Made by a program: the position numbers and the translations under genes. A stretch of 64,000 nucleotides of DNA from a virus, in IMG/VR virus record IMGVR_UViG_3300021356_000797, positions 39,841-103,840 of that record; one strand, written 5' to 3'. Below are positions 37,776-46,349 of the stretch, piece after piece. The notes below the pieces were generated by a model. It did no database searches, was not told the origin of the DNA, and saw nothing but the letters and a program-made list of their open reading frames with translations. Position 1 is the stretch's first letter. Each line of letters starts with the position of its first letter.

Positions 37776-37910
37776 ATGGCAAAACACATCAACAGTTCAT
37801 ACCGGGCAAACACAAAGAAGAGTAGACCGGGGGTTCATTCAAAGAATGGAACGAGCAAGAACAAGTCATCAGTAAACTACAAGAAAAAGTACAGAGGGCA
37901 AGGAAGATGA
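37776..37910 (+). CDS. 44-aa basic protein ending KKYRGQGR (not in ORF track)
   Basis: Translated by hand: MAKHINSSYRANTKKSRPGVHSKNGTSKNKSSVNYKKKYRGQGR; ATGA overlap with next gene. Confidence 0.75.
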   Translation: MAKHINSSYRANTKKSRPGVHSKNGTSKNKSSVNYKKKYRGQGR

Positions 37911-38122
37911 CAAAGAAAAGTTTACTTGATAGGGACAACATTGAGTTGTGGATCTTAACTCCAGAAGAGGAAGCTGAGATTGCAGAAGTACTGGCTTGGG
38001 ATGAGACAATCACCGAGGCAGAAGACTTGTTTAGAACTGAACAATTTAAAAAGCTTTCACTATGGAAAAGATTTTATCTAAGATTAAGAGTAGCGTTGCT
38101 ATCCTTCTTACAAATGTTGTAA
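37907..38122 (+). CDS. Hypothetical protein
   Basis: 71-aa ORF translationally coupled to the upstream gene. Confidence 0.55.
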   Translation: MTKKSLLDRDNIELWILTPEEEAEIAEVLAWDETITEAEDLFRTEQFKKLSLWKRFYLRLRVALLSFLQML

Positions 38123-38304
38123 CCTGGACGAGTGTACGTATGGTATACTTGCTGATGTCCTTGGTGTTATTCACTGGATGGGTGACACGTACTTGGGACA
38201 TTGTAGGTTTTGTTATTGTAATGTTACAGGTTGGTGTATGGACGAAGTTCTGTCCAAGCAAGTGGGTGTTTGAAAAGTTAGGTTGGAAAAAGACTGAGCT
38301 ATAA
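38062..38304 (+). CDS. Small membrane protein, YgaP/DUF2892-like (start may be 38140)
   Basis: Two TM helices then 'TKFCPSKWVFEKLG'; TAATG coupling to the kinase. Confidence 0.6.
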   Translation: MEKILSKIKSSVAILLTNVVTWTSVRMVYLLMSLVLFTGWVTRTWDIVGFVIVMLQVGVWTKFCPSKWVFEKLGWKKTEL

Positions 38305-39203
38305 TGTCTGTACTTGATGGAATATCAATAAGGAGTAGGATCTGCCTACTGTGCTCCACTATAATCATGTTGACATTCTTTGTCTTCAAGACTATGGTGG
38401 TGTTCCGTTTTATACATCATAGTACGTTTACCCATTACTTTGAGTGGCTGAGTGTAATAGCGTTTATGCCTCCGTTCTTTGTAGTTGTTAGAGAATTCCT
38501 TCAGAACAAAGAGAGAATCAAAGGTGATCTGAACCAAAAGAATATATATCTAGAGCATGCTGCTAAGATTATTAGACATGACATGCACAGTGGAATCAAC
38601 ACTTATTTACCCAGGGGTATCAAATCATTAAAGCGCAGGTTAACTGATGAGGATATTGCTGAGCTAAAGATTGGAAGTCCTTTGAAATTGATACAGGATG
38701 GACTACATCACGCACAGAAGGTATACAGTGGGGTATATGAGTTCACTAATCTTGTTAAAGAGGGTGCACAGCTAAACAAAGAAGTTAAAAATGTAAAGGA
38801 GATCTTGGGTGATTATCTCAAGCTTACTGCATATAAGAATCAGGTTGTACTAGATGATAGTCTAGATACACCGTTAGAAGTAAATGAGGCGCTGTTCTGT
38901 ACAGCGGTAGATAACTTTATAAGAAACGGCCTAAAGTATAATGATTCTGGTACCAAGTATGTAAAGATATACTTCCAGAATAACTACAATAAGGCATTAC
39001 TATTGATCATAGAAGATAACGGGCGTGGTATAACTGCTGAGGAATTTGTTGAGCTCAGTAAACCATATGTCCGTAAAGAAGGACAGAAAGAAACTGGTAC
39101 GGGATTGGGACTGAACATCTCAATTTCTATTTTAAAAGAACATGGATATATGGTACGGGCTGAGAAAACAGAAACCGGTACTAAAATAATTATTGAGATA
39201 TGA
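38304..39203 (+). CDS. Membrane sensor histidine kinase
   Basis: Two N-terminal TMs; H-box 'IIRHDMHS', N-box 'NFIRNGLKYN', G1 'IEDNGRGI', G2 'GTGLGL'. Confidence 0.9.
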   Translation: MSVLDGISIRSRICLLCSTIIMLTFFVFKTMVVFRFIHHSTFTHYFEWLSVIAFMPPFFVVVREFLQNKERIKGDLNQKNIYLEHAAKIIRHDMHSGINTYLPRGIKSLKRRLTDEDIAELKIGSPLKLIQDGLHHAQKVYSGVYEFTNLVKEGAQLNKEVKNVKEILGDYLKLTAYKNQVVLDDSLDTPLEVNEALFCTAVDNFIRNGLKYNDSGTKYVKIYFQNNYNKALLLIIEDNGRGITAEEFVELSKPYVRKEGQKETGTGLGLNISISILKEHGYMVRAEKTETGTKIIIEI

Positions 39204-39634
39204 TTGATACGTTGATGCTTATAGATGATGAGAATCTATTCCACTTGGTATTTGAGGATGCATGCAGCATGTTAGATATAGCACTTTCTATAGAGGCACT
39301 GGATAGCAGCGATGAAGCTGATAGAAAATTTAAAGGTTGGTTTCCTGACAATGGGGAAGAAAGACCACAATGTGTATTTGTAGACTTGAATATAATTGGA
39401 TCTTCATATGACGGTATTGAGATGATCCGTAAAATAAATGAAGATTATGGTAATGGATGTGTTATTGGTATTATTTCTAGTAGCAGTGATCAGGCAGAGA
39501 TTGAGAAAGCCAAAAAAGTAGGTGCACAGTTTTGGATCATTAAGTCAGATGACATTGAGCCAAGACTAGAAGAGTTTAAAAAAGATTATAACGGGTATGT
39601 TGATAAGACTGCTCCGTTTAAAGTATATAGATGA
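39200..39634 (+). CDS. Single-domain response regulator (CheY-like receiver)
   Basis: 'LIDDE', phosphoacceptor 'FVDLN', 'IISSS', 'FWIIK'; no output domain. Confidence 0.9.
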   Translation: MIDTLMLIDDENLFHLVFEDACSMLDIALSIEALDSSDEADRKFKGWFPDNGEERPQCVFVDLNIIGSSYDGIEMIRKINEDYGNGCVIGIISSSSDQAEIEKAKKVGAQFWIIKSDDIEPRLEEFKKDYNGYVDKTAPFKVYR

Positions 39635-40197
39635 TAAGTTCTAAGGATACAGTAAAGGACGCACTATTAAAAGCCAAGTCTAAAAAGGTTTATATAGAAG
39701 GTAACTTTGTCAAACTATTGTCTGACACAACCGATGATGACGTCAGGTTATACCTTGATGAATGTAAACGTAAAGATCAGGAGAATAGAAAGAAACGTCT
39801 TGCTGTAACCAAACAGATTCAAAAACAAAACAAAGAACTTGAGGAGGCTGCTGTAATAAACAAAGATCTACTTAGCGATCTTGAAAATAAGATGGAAGAG
39901 CTTGAAGCTTCTAAAAAAGAAGCTGAAGGTTTACGGGATGAAGCCTTGAATGATCTAGAAGTAATGCAAAAAAAGACTCAGTTTGAGTTGATTAGTATTA
40001 TAGTTAAACTTGCTTTGGGCGTTATTGCGGGTGTTGGTATACTCACTACGGTGTTGTACTTATATATTTTAAGTAGTGGTTTAGATTCTAAGATAATTGA
40101 AACCACCTGGTCCAATTTATTTGGTATATTGTTAACTAACTCATTTAGTATAGTTGGTACCATCATGGGTGTCAAGTATGCTACAGAAAAAGATTAA
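39631..40197 (+). CDS. Coiled-coil protein with two C-terminal TM helices
   Basis: Long heptad-like segment then two hydrophobic helices; ATGA-coupled to the receiver. Confidence 0.75.
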   Translation: MISSKDTVKDALLKAKSKKVYIEGNFVKLLSDTTDDDVRLYLDECKRKDQENRKKRLAVTKQIQKQNKELEEAAVINKDLLSDLENKMEELEASKKEAEGLRDEALNDLEVMQKKTQFELISIIVKLALGVIAGVGILTTVLYLYILSSGLDSKIIETTWSNLFGILLTNSFSIVGTIMGVKYATEKD

Positions 40198-40199
40198 TT

Positions 40200-40886
40200 A
40201 TGGCAGTAGCTAGATCTCACGATGATGAGGTCTTCAAAGCAAAGAGAAGACCTAAGAGGCCTATTAAGTTTAACGTTACCCTAAATGAAGAACAAAAGCA
40301 TGCAAAAGCAGAAATCCTTGATAACCCCGTCACTGTACTACAAGGTATGGCAGGAAGTGGAAAAACTTTGGTGGCAGTTCAAACTGGGTTGGATCTCTTA
40401 TTTACAAAGCAGATTGAAAAGATTATTATTACCAGGCCAACCGTTGCCAAAGAAGACATTGGTTTCCTTCCTGGAGATATCAAAGAGAAGATGGATCCTT
40501 GGCTTGCTCCTATATACCACAACTTGTACTTACTATATGACAAAGTTAAGATTGACAAGTGTGTTGAAGAAGGACTGATAGAGATTGTACCGTTTGCATT
40601 TATGCGGGGTAGAACCTTTACTGATGCTGTAATCATTTTAGATGAAGCTCAGAATGTTACAATGAACCAAATGGAGATGATGCTTGGACGTCTTGGTAAA
40701 GGAAGTACCATGATCATCTGTGGTGATAAAGCTCAGATTGATTTACGTAATAAGAAAGATTCTGGTTTTGGTTTCTTGTACACACTAGAAGCACAGGTTA
40801 AAGGGTTTAAAGTGATTACCCTTAAAACAAATCACAGACATGAAATTGTAGAACCTATACTTAAGGTATACGAAGATTATAGATAA
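40200..40886 (+). CDS. phoH: PhoH-family ATPase
   Basis: 'GMAGSGKT', 'IGFLPG', 'FMRGRTF', 'LDEAQN', 'GD..QIDL'. Confidence 0.95.
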   Translation: MAVARSHDDEVFKAKRRPKRPIKFNVTLNEEQKHAKAEILDNPVTVLQGMAGSGKTLVAVQTGLDLLFTKQIEKIIITRPTVAKEDIGFLPGDIKEKMDPWLAPIYHNLYLLYDKVKIDKCVEEGLIEIVPFAFMRGRTFTDAVIILDEAQNVTMNQMEMMLGRLGKGSTMIICGDKAQIDLRNKKDSGFGFLYTLEAQVKGFKVITLKTNHRHEIVEPILKVYEDYR

Positions 40887-41047
40887 TGAACTGGACCCTC
40901 ACCTTAGTTGCCCATTGGCCTCATGATAGATTTGCATTAGGCTTTGAGTCTTTACCTTCTACTGAAGAAGTACCCTTTCATACTATTCAGTTGTTTTTGC
41001 TGATATTTACTATCAGGCTGGACATGTGGCATGAGGATGAGTATTAA
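40886..41047 (+). CDS. 53-aa hypothetical protein (not in ORF track)
   Basis: MNWTLTLVAHWPHDRFALGFESLPSTEEVPFHTIQLFLLIFTIRLDMWHEDEY; TAATG overlap with phoH. Confidence 0.65.
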   Translation: MNWTLTLVAHWPHDRFALGFESLPSTEEVPFHTIQLFLLIFTIRLDMWHEDEY

Positions 41048-41094
41048 CGGTAAGTGAGGGAGAACTTAATCTCCCTCTCTCTTATCCCTTACCG
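41048..41094. terminator. Hairpin at the convergence of the two genome arms
   Basis: CGGTAAG/CTTACCG outer stem and GAGGGAGA/TCTCCCTC inner stem. Confidence 0.55.
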
Positions 41095-41318
41095 GCTTGT
41101 TGCTAACCATAGTGGTATGAATATTACGTGTGGCCAGTTTGACCAAGTATAAGAAGACAAATCAAGCGGGATACTTCTTACGTTGGCTGGTTAACCTTCA
41201 CTCCCTGTAAGCAGCAGAGAGGTTATTATCACACACAACCCGTTGTTAATCTGTGATTTTGAGTAAAATAAGGAAGAGGATGAAGTAAAGCATATCTATG
41301 AGGTTTACTTCAAATATA
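41048..41318 (-). ncRNA. Candidate structured non-coding RNA
   Basis: ORF-poor region with several hairpins; TATATTTG (-7 box) on the minus strand at 41311-41318. Confidence 0.35.
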
Positions 41319-41334
41319 AATAAACTTTTGAAGT

Positions 41335-41520
41335 TTATCCAATCACCTCTAAAATTTTTGTTTCCGTAACAGCAGTTACTTGGAAATCAGAAGGCATCAA
41401 GTGAGCCGTAATCTTTTGCTCAGCATCTGTTACAGATACAGCCATTACTAGATACAGTTCACTGGTTGCCTTTTCATCTTGGTGTTGAACCTTCACACGC
41501 ACTTGATAGTACTTCTCCAT
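41335..41520 (-). CDS. DUF4494-like protein
   Basis: 'ELYLVMAVSVTDAEQKI...VTAVTETKILEV' Bacteroidetes-type pattern. Confidence 0.65.
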   Translation of the reverse strand: MEKYYQVRVKVQHQDEKATSELYLVMAVSVTDAEQKITAHLMPSDFQVTAVTETKILEVIG

Positions 41521-41610
41521 GTTTAAGAATATTTAATTGTTAATAGGGTACAATCATATGCATAACTATCTGAAAATCAAATATTGAAGGTTAAATAAGT
41601 TTGTCGTAAC

Positions 41611-41940
41611 TTATGGTTCCATAGAGCATTCCTTAAACAATGCTTCTATTAAAATGAGATAGTTGATTGCGTCTCCAAACTTCTCATCAATCATGGCCTG
41701 GTCTGGCTTCTTACCCTCTAGCTCATACTCACGTATAATTCTACGGACACTGTAGAGATGCTTTACCATAAGCTCCCATCCTACACTCATTGGTGTATTA
41801 TGCATGCTTAGTTCTGCTTGTTCTTTAAAGCTTTCAAGTGTGTCATGGTCTGTGCCATACTCCTTACCTTTTGAGATTAGGGTATTCTTACACTTGTAAT
41901 ATCTGGTGGTTAGTAGTTGGTTAAGTTCTTCAGTATTCAT
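41611..41940 (-). CDS. DUF1599-like all-helical nucleotide-modification-associated protein
   Basis: 'KGKEYG...L.SF' and 'EKFGDAINYLIL'; ATG at 41940. Confidence 0.6.
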   Translation of the reverse strand: MNTEELNQLLTTRYYKCKNTLISKGKEYGTDHDTLESFKEQAELSMHNTPMSVGWELMVKHLYSVRRIIREYELEGKKPDQAMIDEKFGDAINYLILIEALFKECSMEP

Positions 41941-42088
41941 AATTATCAATTTCTTTTATTACTGCTTCCCAATAAGGAAAGTTATTAGACATATACAGGA
42001 TCTGTTTTGCCTGAATTAGTGCTTGGCTTTTACCTTCATATTTAGCAATCATAGACTTAGCCTTGCTTGCAGGATTTGGATTTCTCAT
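41930..42088 (-). CDS. 52-aa hypothetical protein (not in ORF track)
   Basis: MRNPNPASKAKSMIAKYEGKSQALIQAKQILYMSNNFPYWEAVIKEIDNYEY; overlaps the next gene start. Confidence 0.55.
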   Translation of the reverse strand: MRNPNPASKAKSMIAKYEGKSQALIQAKQILYMSNNFPYWEAVIKEIDNYEY

Positions 42089-42131
42089 GAATTAACATTA
42101 ACTTAACATTGAACCCATAAAACTTATAGGC

Positions 42132-42305
42132 ATGAGAAAGATAGCAATAATATTTGTATTAGGAGTATTGGCTAGCTGCTCAACTAGTCAGTCTACAGTT
42201 GCAGAAGCAACTGATCCTGACGTAGTTTCACGAGCTAGCTACAATTGTAATGATAAGAACTGTGACTATTATGCAACAGTTCATCATCACGCAATTATTA
42301 GATAA
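42132..42305 (+). CDS. 57-aa lipoprotein (not in ORF track)
   Basis: MRKIAIIFVLGVLAS-C: basic N-terminus, hydrophobic core, lipobox LASC; C-terminal CxxxxC and HHH. Confidence 0.7.
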   Translation: MRKIAIIFVLGVLASCSTSQSTVAEATDPDVVSRASYNCNDKNCDYYATVHHHAIIR

Positions 42306-42343
42306 AAAAAGAGGGAGTAGACTGGCAGCCTAACTCCCCCTTT
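42304..42343. terminator. Bidirectional terminator between the lipoprotein gene and polB
   Basis: A7-GAGGGAGTAG...CTAACTCCCCC-TTT. Confidence 0.7.
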
Positions 42344-42383
42344 ACTTTGGGCACGAATTATAGTAACTCTATAGCAAACATAA

Positions 42384-44390
42384 TCAAAAAAGATTTAGCT
42401 GCCTAGCTTTTTGTATGATTGAATTGATTTCTTTATCTATAAGGGTCTTATAGTATTGAGTATCAACATCATAGTCTTCCCAAGTTTTATCATCATTGAG
42501 AACATTATGCATAGTCTGCAGATATTTACCTGCTACTAGCTGTTGTTCTCTTCCATCTGGGTTAGTCTTAAAGATCTTACCTCCCTTTTTACTTACATAA
42601 TATCTTATAGTCTTTTGCAAAGGGTCTGTAACTAACTCCCCGTCCTGTACAGAACGTATCTCAAGTTTCCAGTTGCCCTTAGCTTTAGTGCCTATGCAGT
42701 AATCAAGAATGTTTCTGTTCTCAGCAAGATATTCTTCTGGCAATTTTCCATGTATGAAGTACTGGTATATGGCTTTTGGTACTATGAGTTTGGACTTATT
42801 CTTATGTAAGGCCAAACCACTATACTCAAATCTACCTTTACACTTAGCACTTGCATGTAGAAATTTACCATTGAGAACCTTGTAAAGATCATCCGGTCTT
42901 TTCTTCTTTAATGACATCCAGTCTGCAGGATCCATCTCTTTCCAATCATATACTGCTATGTAGTTATTTACATCAGCAAATACAATCTTCTGATACTTAT
43001 CATGCTCTAGGTTTAACTGAGTCATATCCTCCCAGCGTTTACATATCTCCATGTACTTGTCTTCATACTTTCTAGGGATCATAGTTTCAAGACCATCTGT
43101 GTTCTGCATAATAGGAATACAGTCAGGTATCTCTTCACATATCATCTCATAAAGCATGGTTAGACTAAGCTGTCCGTTGATAGTAATACGCATGGTAAAC
43201 TCTGGGTCATACAAGAAACTATTAGCATCATTACTCAAACCATAAGTTGAATTAAGGATAATCTTATAAACATAATTCATAGGATTACTCTTTGGGATTT
43301 TCTTTCTCTCATCAAAGAACCATTCATATAGTGTACAGAATTTGTCTTTGTCAAGATGAGCTGGTGCCCACTTATTTCTAATTGCTAGGTTTGGGTAATA
43401 AGACGTAACATCAGAAGACATAATTACCATATCTTCGTCACTCTTGTATATACCTCTAGTGTTTGCACCATGTACACCACCAAGTCCATAGTCTGTTTTT
43501 ACATCCTTGTACTTGACAGAATAACTAAGTGCACCCTTTGTACCAGACTTAGGATCATTAGAATCTGTAATTAATATTTTACCCTGAAAGAATTCAAGCA
43601 GGTCTTGAAACTCTTTAGTTTGAAACTTGATATAGGGTAAGATTAAGTTCTTGATTTTAATAAAGGGTCTGGGAGTTCTCAGTTGTTTTAGTTCCTTCTT
43701 ATCAATGCCCAGTTCTTTACTTAAGTAGTAAGCAAATAACTCTTTACTAATGCGTGGTTCACTAGCACTATATAGATCTATACCATACTGTTCTGTTAGT
43801 GTACCTCTTAGACGGATTTGTTCCGTGCTTAGATGCATTATCTTCTTGGTACTGGATACATCATTAATACAGTACTCAATAACCATGTCTAAGTCCTTAG
43901 TATTAGTTATGGGTTCTGTGTGGTGTATTGGCATATCCAACACATTCCACCAGTCCATACTATACTGTATCCACTTTAGAGAGGAAGATTTAGCAGGGTT
44001 ATCCCAGTGATTCAGTTTGAATACGTCTATCTGTTTAATACGCATTCTATAAGGGCTGTACTTAGGGAACAGTTTGTTTCTCATGAGGTCAATTGTCTCT
44101 TGAGCAAACTGATATATAGCAGCAGCTATCTGATCACCATCTAGAAGTTTAAGTTGATCTTGCTTATCAAGAATAAATTCTGTGACCTGGGCATCAAAGG
44201 CTAAACCATTATATGAAATATGCCATTCTTGTTTAGCAGCATTAGTTTGAAGGAATTTAAGAAGAGCAGAGAAATCATTTCTTAAACTGCAGACAGCAAA
44301 TACTTTGATTTCACTCTCCTTATAATGTTCAAATACAGCTACAAAACAGTTGGACAATGTTTCATAATCCATTACCCAGTGTCTATCCAT
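42384..44390 (-). CDS. polB: DNA polymerase family B (crAss-type)
   Basis: Exonuclease 'DYE', 'YNGLAFD', 'YCINDV'; polymerase 'SDVTSYYPN', 'KIILNSTYG', 'NTDG'. Confidence 0.95.
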   Translation of the reverse strand: MDRHWVMDYETLSNCFVAVFEHYKESEIKVFAVCSLRNDFSALLKFLQTNAAKQEWHISYNGLAFDAQVTEFILDKQDQLKLLDGDQIAAAIYQFAQETIDLMRNKLFPKYSPYRMRIKQIDVFKLNHWDNPAKSSSLKWIQYSMDWWNVLDMPIHHTEPITNTKDLDMVIEYCINDVSSTKKIMHLSTEQIRLRGTLTEQYGIDLYSASEPRISKELFAYYLSKELGIDKKELKQLRTPRPFIKIKNLILPYIKFQTKEFQDLLEFFQGKILITDSNDPKSGTKGALSYSVKYKDVKTDYGLGGVHGANTRGIYKSDEDMVIMSSDVTSYYPNLAIRNKWAPAHLDKDKFCTLYEWFFDERKKIPKSNPMNYVYKIILNSTYGLSNDANSFLYDPEFTMRITINGQLSLTMLYEMICEEIPDCIPIMQNTDGLETMIPRKYEDKYMEICKRWEDMTQLNLEHDKYQKIVFADVNNYIAVYDWKEMDPADWMSLKKKRPDDLYKVLNGKFLHASAKCKGRFEYSGLALHKNKSKLIVPKAIYQYFIHGKLPEEYLAENRNILDYCIGTKAKGNWKLEIRSVQDGELVTDPLQKTIRYYVSKKGGKIFKTNPDGREQQLVAGKYLQTMHNVLNDDKTWEDYDVDTQYYKTLIDKEINSIIQKARQLNLF

Positions 44391-44869
44391 TATTCTACGA
44401 TTAGACTACTACCAGGTAAAGAAGTTAAACCACCTGTCTTCTGATTAATATTATCTTCTGCAGGCTTCATGTACTTTTCAAAGTCGTAAGTGTTTGCATT
44501 AACAGCAAACTGTTTAACAAACTCACGTGTTGAATCAAGACCAGTAATAACAATCTCATGGAATGTTTCTACTAGACGTCTCTCTTCTTTGTAAGCTTGA
44601 CCATTGTTACGCTTTTGAAGTTTCAATTCTTGAGGATCTCCGTTATCATCAAGCTTAGGTAGCATTTTGTAGGTTTGCTTCTTCTCTTTAGAGATAGCAA
44701 TCAAGGTACCACCTGTTGGTTCAAAGATTACTTCTACCCATGGACACTCACTATATAGTGGTACAAGAGCAAAAGTTTTGTAAGGACCCATATATGAGTC
44801 TACTAACATCATGTTTTGTGGAGCTGTCCAGTTTTCTGGTAGCTCGTACTTTGGTGTTTCTTCTGACAT
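44390..44869 (-). CDS. Hypothetical protein
   Basis: 159-aa ORF coupled to polB. Confidence 0.75.
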   Translation of the reverse strand: MSEETPKYELPENWTAPQNMMLVDSYMGPYKTFALVPLYSECPWVEVIFEPTGGTLIAISKEKKQTYKMLPKLDDNGDPQELKLQKRNNGQAYKEERRLVETFHEIVITGLDSTREFVKQFAVNANTYDFEKYMKPAEDNINQKTGGLTSLPGSSLIVE

Positions 44870-44874
44870 TGATT

Positions 44875-45414
44875 TTAATTTTTAGAGTTAAGTTGTAAAG
44901 TTAGCGTTTCTTTTTTAAGATCTGGTTTATCACAGAGTTCTATTGCTTGTTCTAAAGCTTTCTCACTGACACCCAGTATCTTAGAGTACTCATCATAGTA
45001 TATTTCAGGATATAAGTAGCTCTCTATGTACTCTGTTACAGCATCTCCTTGAGAAAAGAAATCAAGGATTTTCTGTTTAAAGTCTTCTGAGAACCTAGAA
45101 TACCTACCATCTAGAAAGTGTAGGAAGTTTCTTTCCATGCTTGCAAATGAAAATACTATGTAGATATAGTCATCAGTCTCTAACTCATCAAAGTATAGAT
45201 CATGATCTCTAAGCCTCATAATATGTTTTTCAAATGCACTACTATCAAACTTAGCATACTCACACACAAGTGCACAGGTAGCCGGATGAATATAGTTTTT
45301 AATAGATATATAGGTTTCTGAAGGCCTATACCTGATACCTCTTTTAAATCCTAACTGAGGATATAGAAAGAAGTTACTCTTCTGTACATACTTAGGGAAT
45401 ATTTTATCTATCAT
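44875..45414 (-). CDS. Hypothetical protein
   Basis: 179-aa ORF in the replication operon; 'FLDGRYSRFS'. Confidence 0.75.
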   Translation of the reverse strand: MIDKIFPKYVQKSNFFLYPQLGFKRGIRYRPSETYISIKNYIHPATCALVCEYAKFDSSAFEKHIMRLRDHDLYFDELETDDYIYIVFSFASMERNFLHFLDGRYSRFSEDFKQKILDFFSQGDAVTEYIESYLYPEIYYDEYSKILGVSEKALEQAIELCDKPDLKKETLTLQLNSKN

Positions 45415-46349
45415 AGCATTATACGATCAGGTTTACAAAAATCATAAGGCACATCATACCTCACATTCTCTATGTGATATGTGGCTTTATTGTAAGCTTC
45501 ATCAAATCTATTTAACCATTCAGCTATAGTATCTTTTGAAACTCCAAAGTTGTAAACCTGTTCATACTTGTCTATGACCCAGAAGCTGTAAGATATTTTA
45601 TCTATAGGTATGTTATAGATTCTGTTTACTAAGGTAATATAAATAGCGGCTTGCAACCAGTAGTTGTAAAATTCTATTGTATCTGGAAAGTCACTGATAG
45701 TTTTACCAGTTGTCTTTACATCAATTACCTCAGCATTACCAAACTCATCTATAACAAGTCTATCTATAATACCTTTTAACCCAAACATTCCTGAGTATTC
45801 TTTGAGTTCCAAAGGGATCTCATTCATTACCTTATATCCATTAGAAGTTGTTAGCTCAAGATGTGCTGCTATACTTGGTTCATCTCTCATAACCTGAGCA
45901 TATGCTTTACATCTTTCTACCATGTCTTCATCTACAAGATCTTTACCTTGTCTATTAAACAGGAATGTAAAATAGTTTTGGTTATCTTCTGTGCAGATTT
46001 TTTCAAGACGCTTTTCATCTTCTTTAAATGATTGATATAAGTTCTGAGATTGTAACTCACTGAGTATCAAGTCATGATGGTCTTCTAAATTAGAAGAACC
46101 ACCATTAACTTGAGCGTGTAGCGAGTGTAAAATCTTCAGTACATTACTTGTTGGAACTTTGCCTGGTGCTACAGTAAAGAGATTATCAAACTCTTCTGGT
46201 TGTAGTATAAAGCAGTGTACCAACTTACCTTCTACAAGATATGATTCAATCTTCTCTTCTCTCTCATTTAGTATGTAATGAGAGTAGAATAGTTTGGGAC
46301 TGAATAGCATCTTGTTTATAGAGCTATAGCTGAGATCTAATTTCATCAT
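45411..46349 (-). CDS. PD-(D/E)XK exonuclease (RecE/Cas4-like)
   Basis: 'LSYSSI', 'GKLVH', 'KGIIDRL', 'IDVKTT', 'YWLQAAIY'; start taken at MMKLD. Confidence 0.8.
   Translation of the reverse strand: MMKLDLSYSSINKMLFSPKLFYSHYILNEREEKIESYLVEGKLVHCFILQPEEFDNLFTVAPGKVPTSNVLKILHSLHAQVNGGSSNLEDHHDLILSELQSQNLYQSFKEDEKRLEKICTEDNQNYFTFLFNRQGKDLVDEDMVERCKAYAQVMRDEPSIAAHLELTTSNGYKVMNEIPLELKEYSGMFGLKGIIDRLVIDEFGNAEVIDVKTTGKTISDFPDTIEFYNYWLQAAIYITLVNRIYNIPIDKISYSFWVIDKYEQVYNFGVSKDTIAEWLNRFDEAYNKATYHIENVRYDVPYDFCKPDRIML

Noticed and set aside
1228-40636. Short minus-strand and alternate-frame ORFs inside + arm genes (e.g. 1228-1593, 12756-13172, 21364-21654, 39978-40175)
   Set aside because: Shadow ORFs overlapping well-supported genes, with antisense-typical composition and no motifs.
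38304-40886. Host chromosomal DNA or prophage boundary at the TCS/phoH genes
   Set aside because: The genes are coupled to phage lysis-region ORFs and flanked by phage genes on both sides; no integrase or att-like site seen.
41048-41330. tRNA, tmRNA or RNase P RNA
   Set aside because: No cloverleaf/TTCGA arm, no tmRNA acceptor ends, no RNase P P4 consensus; kept only as an unclassified ncRNA candidate.
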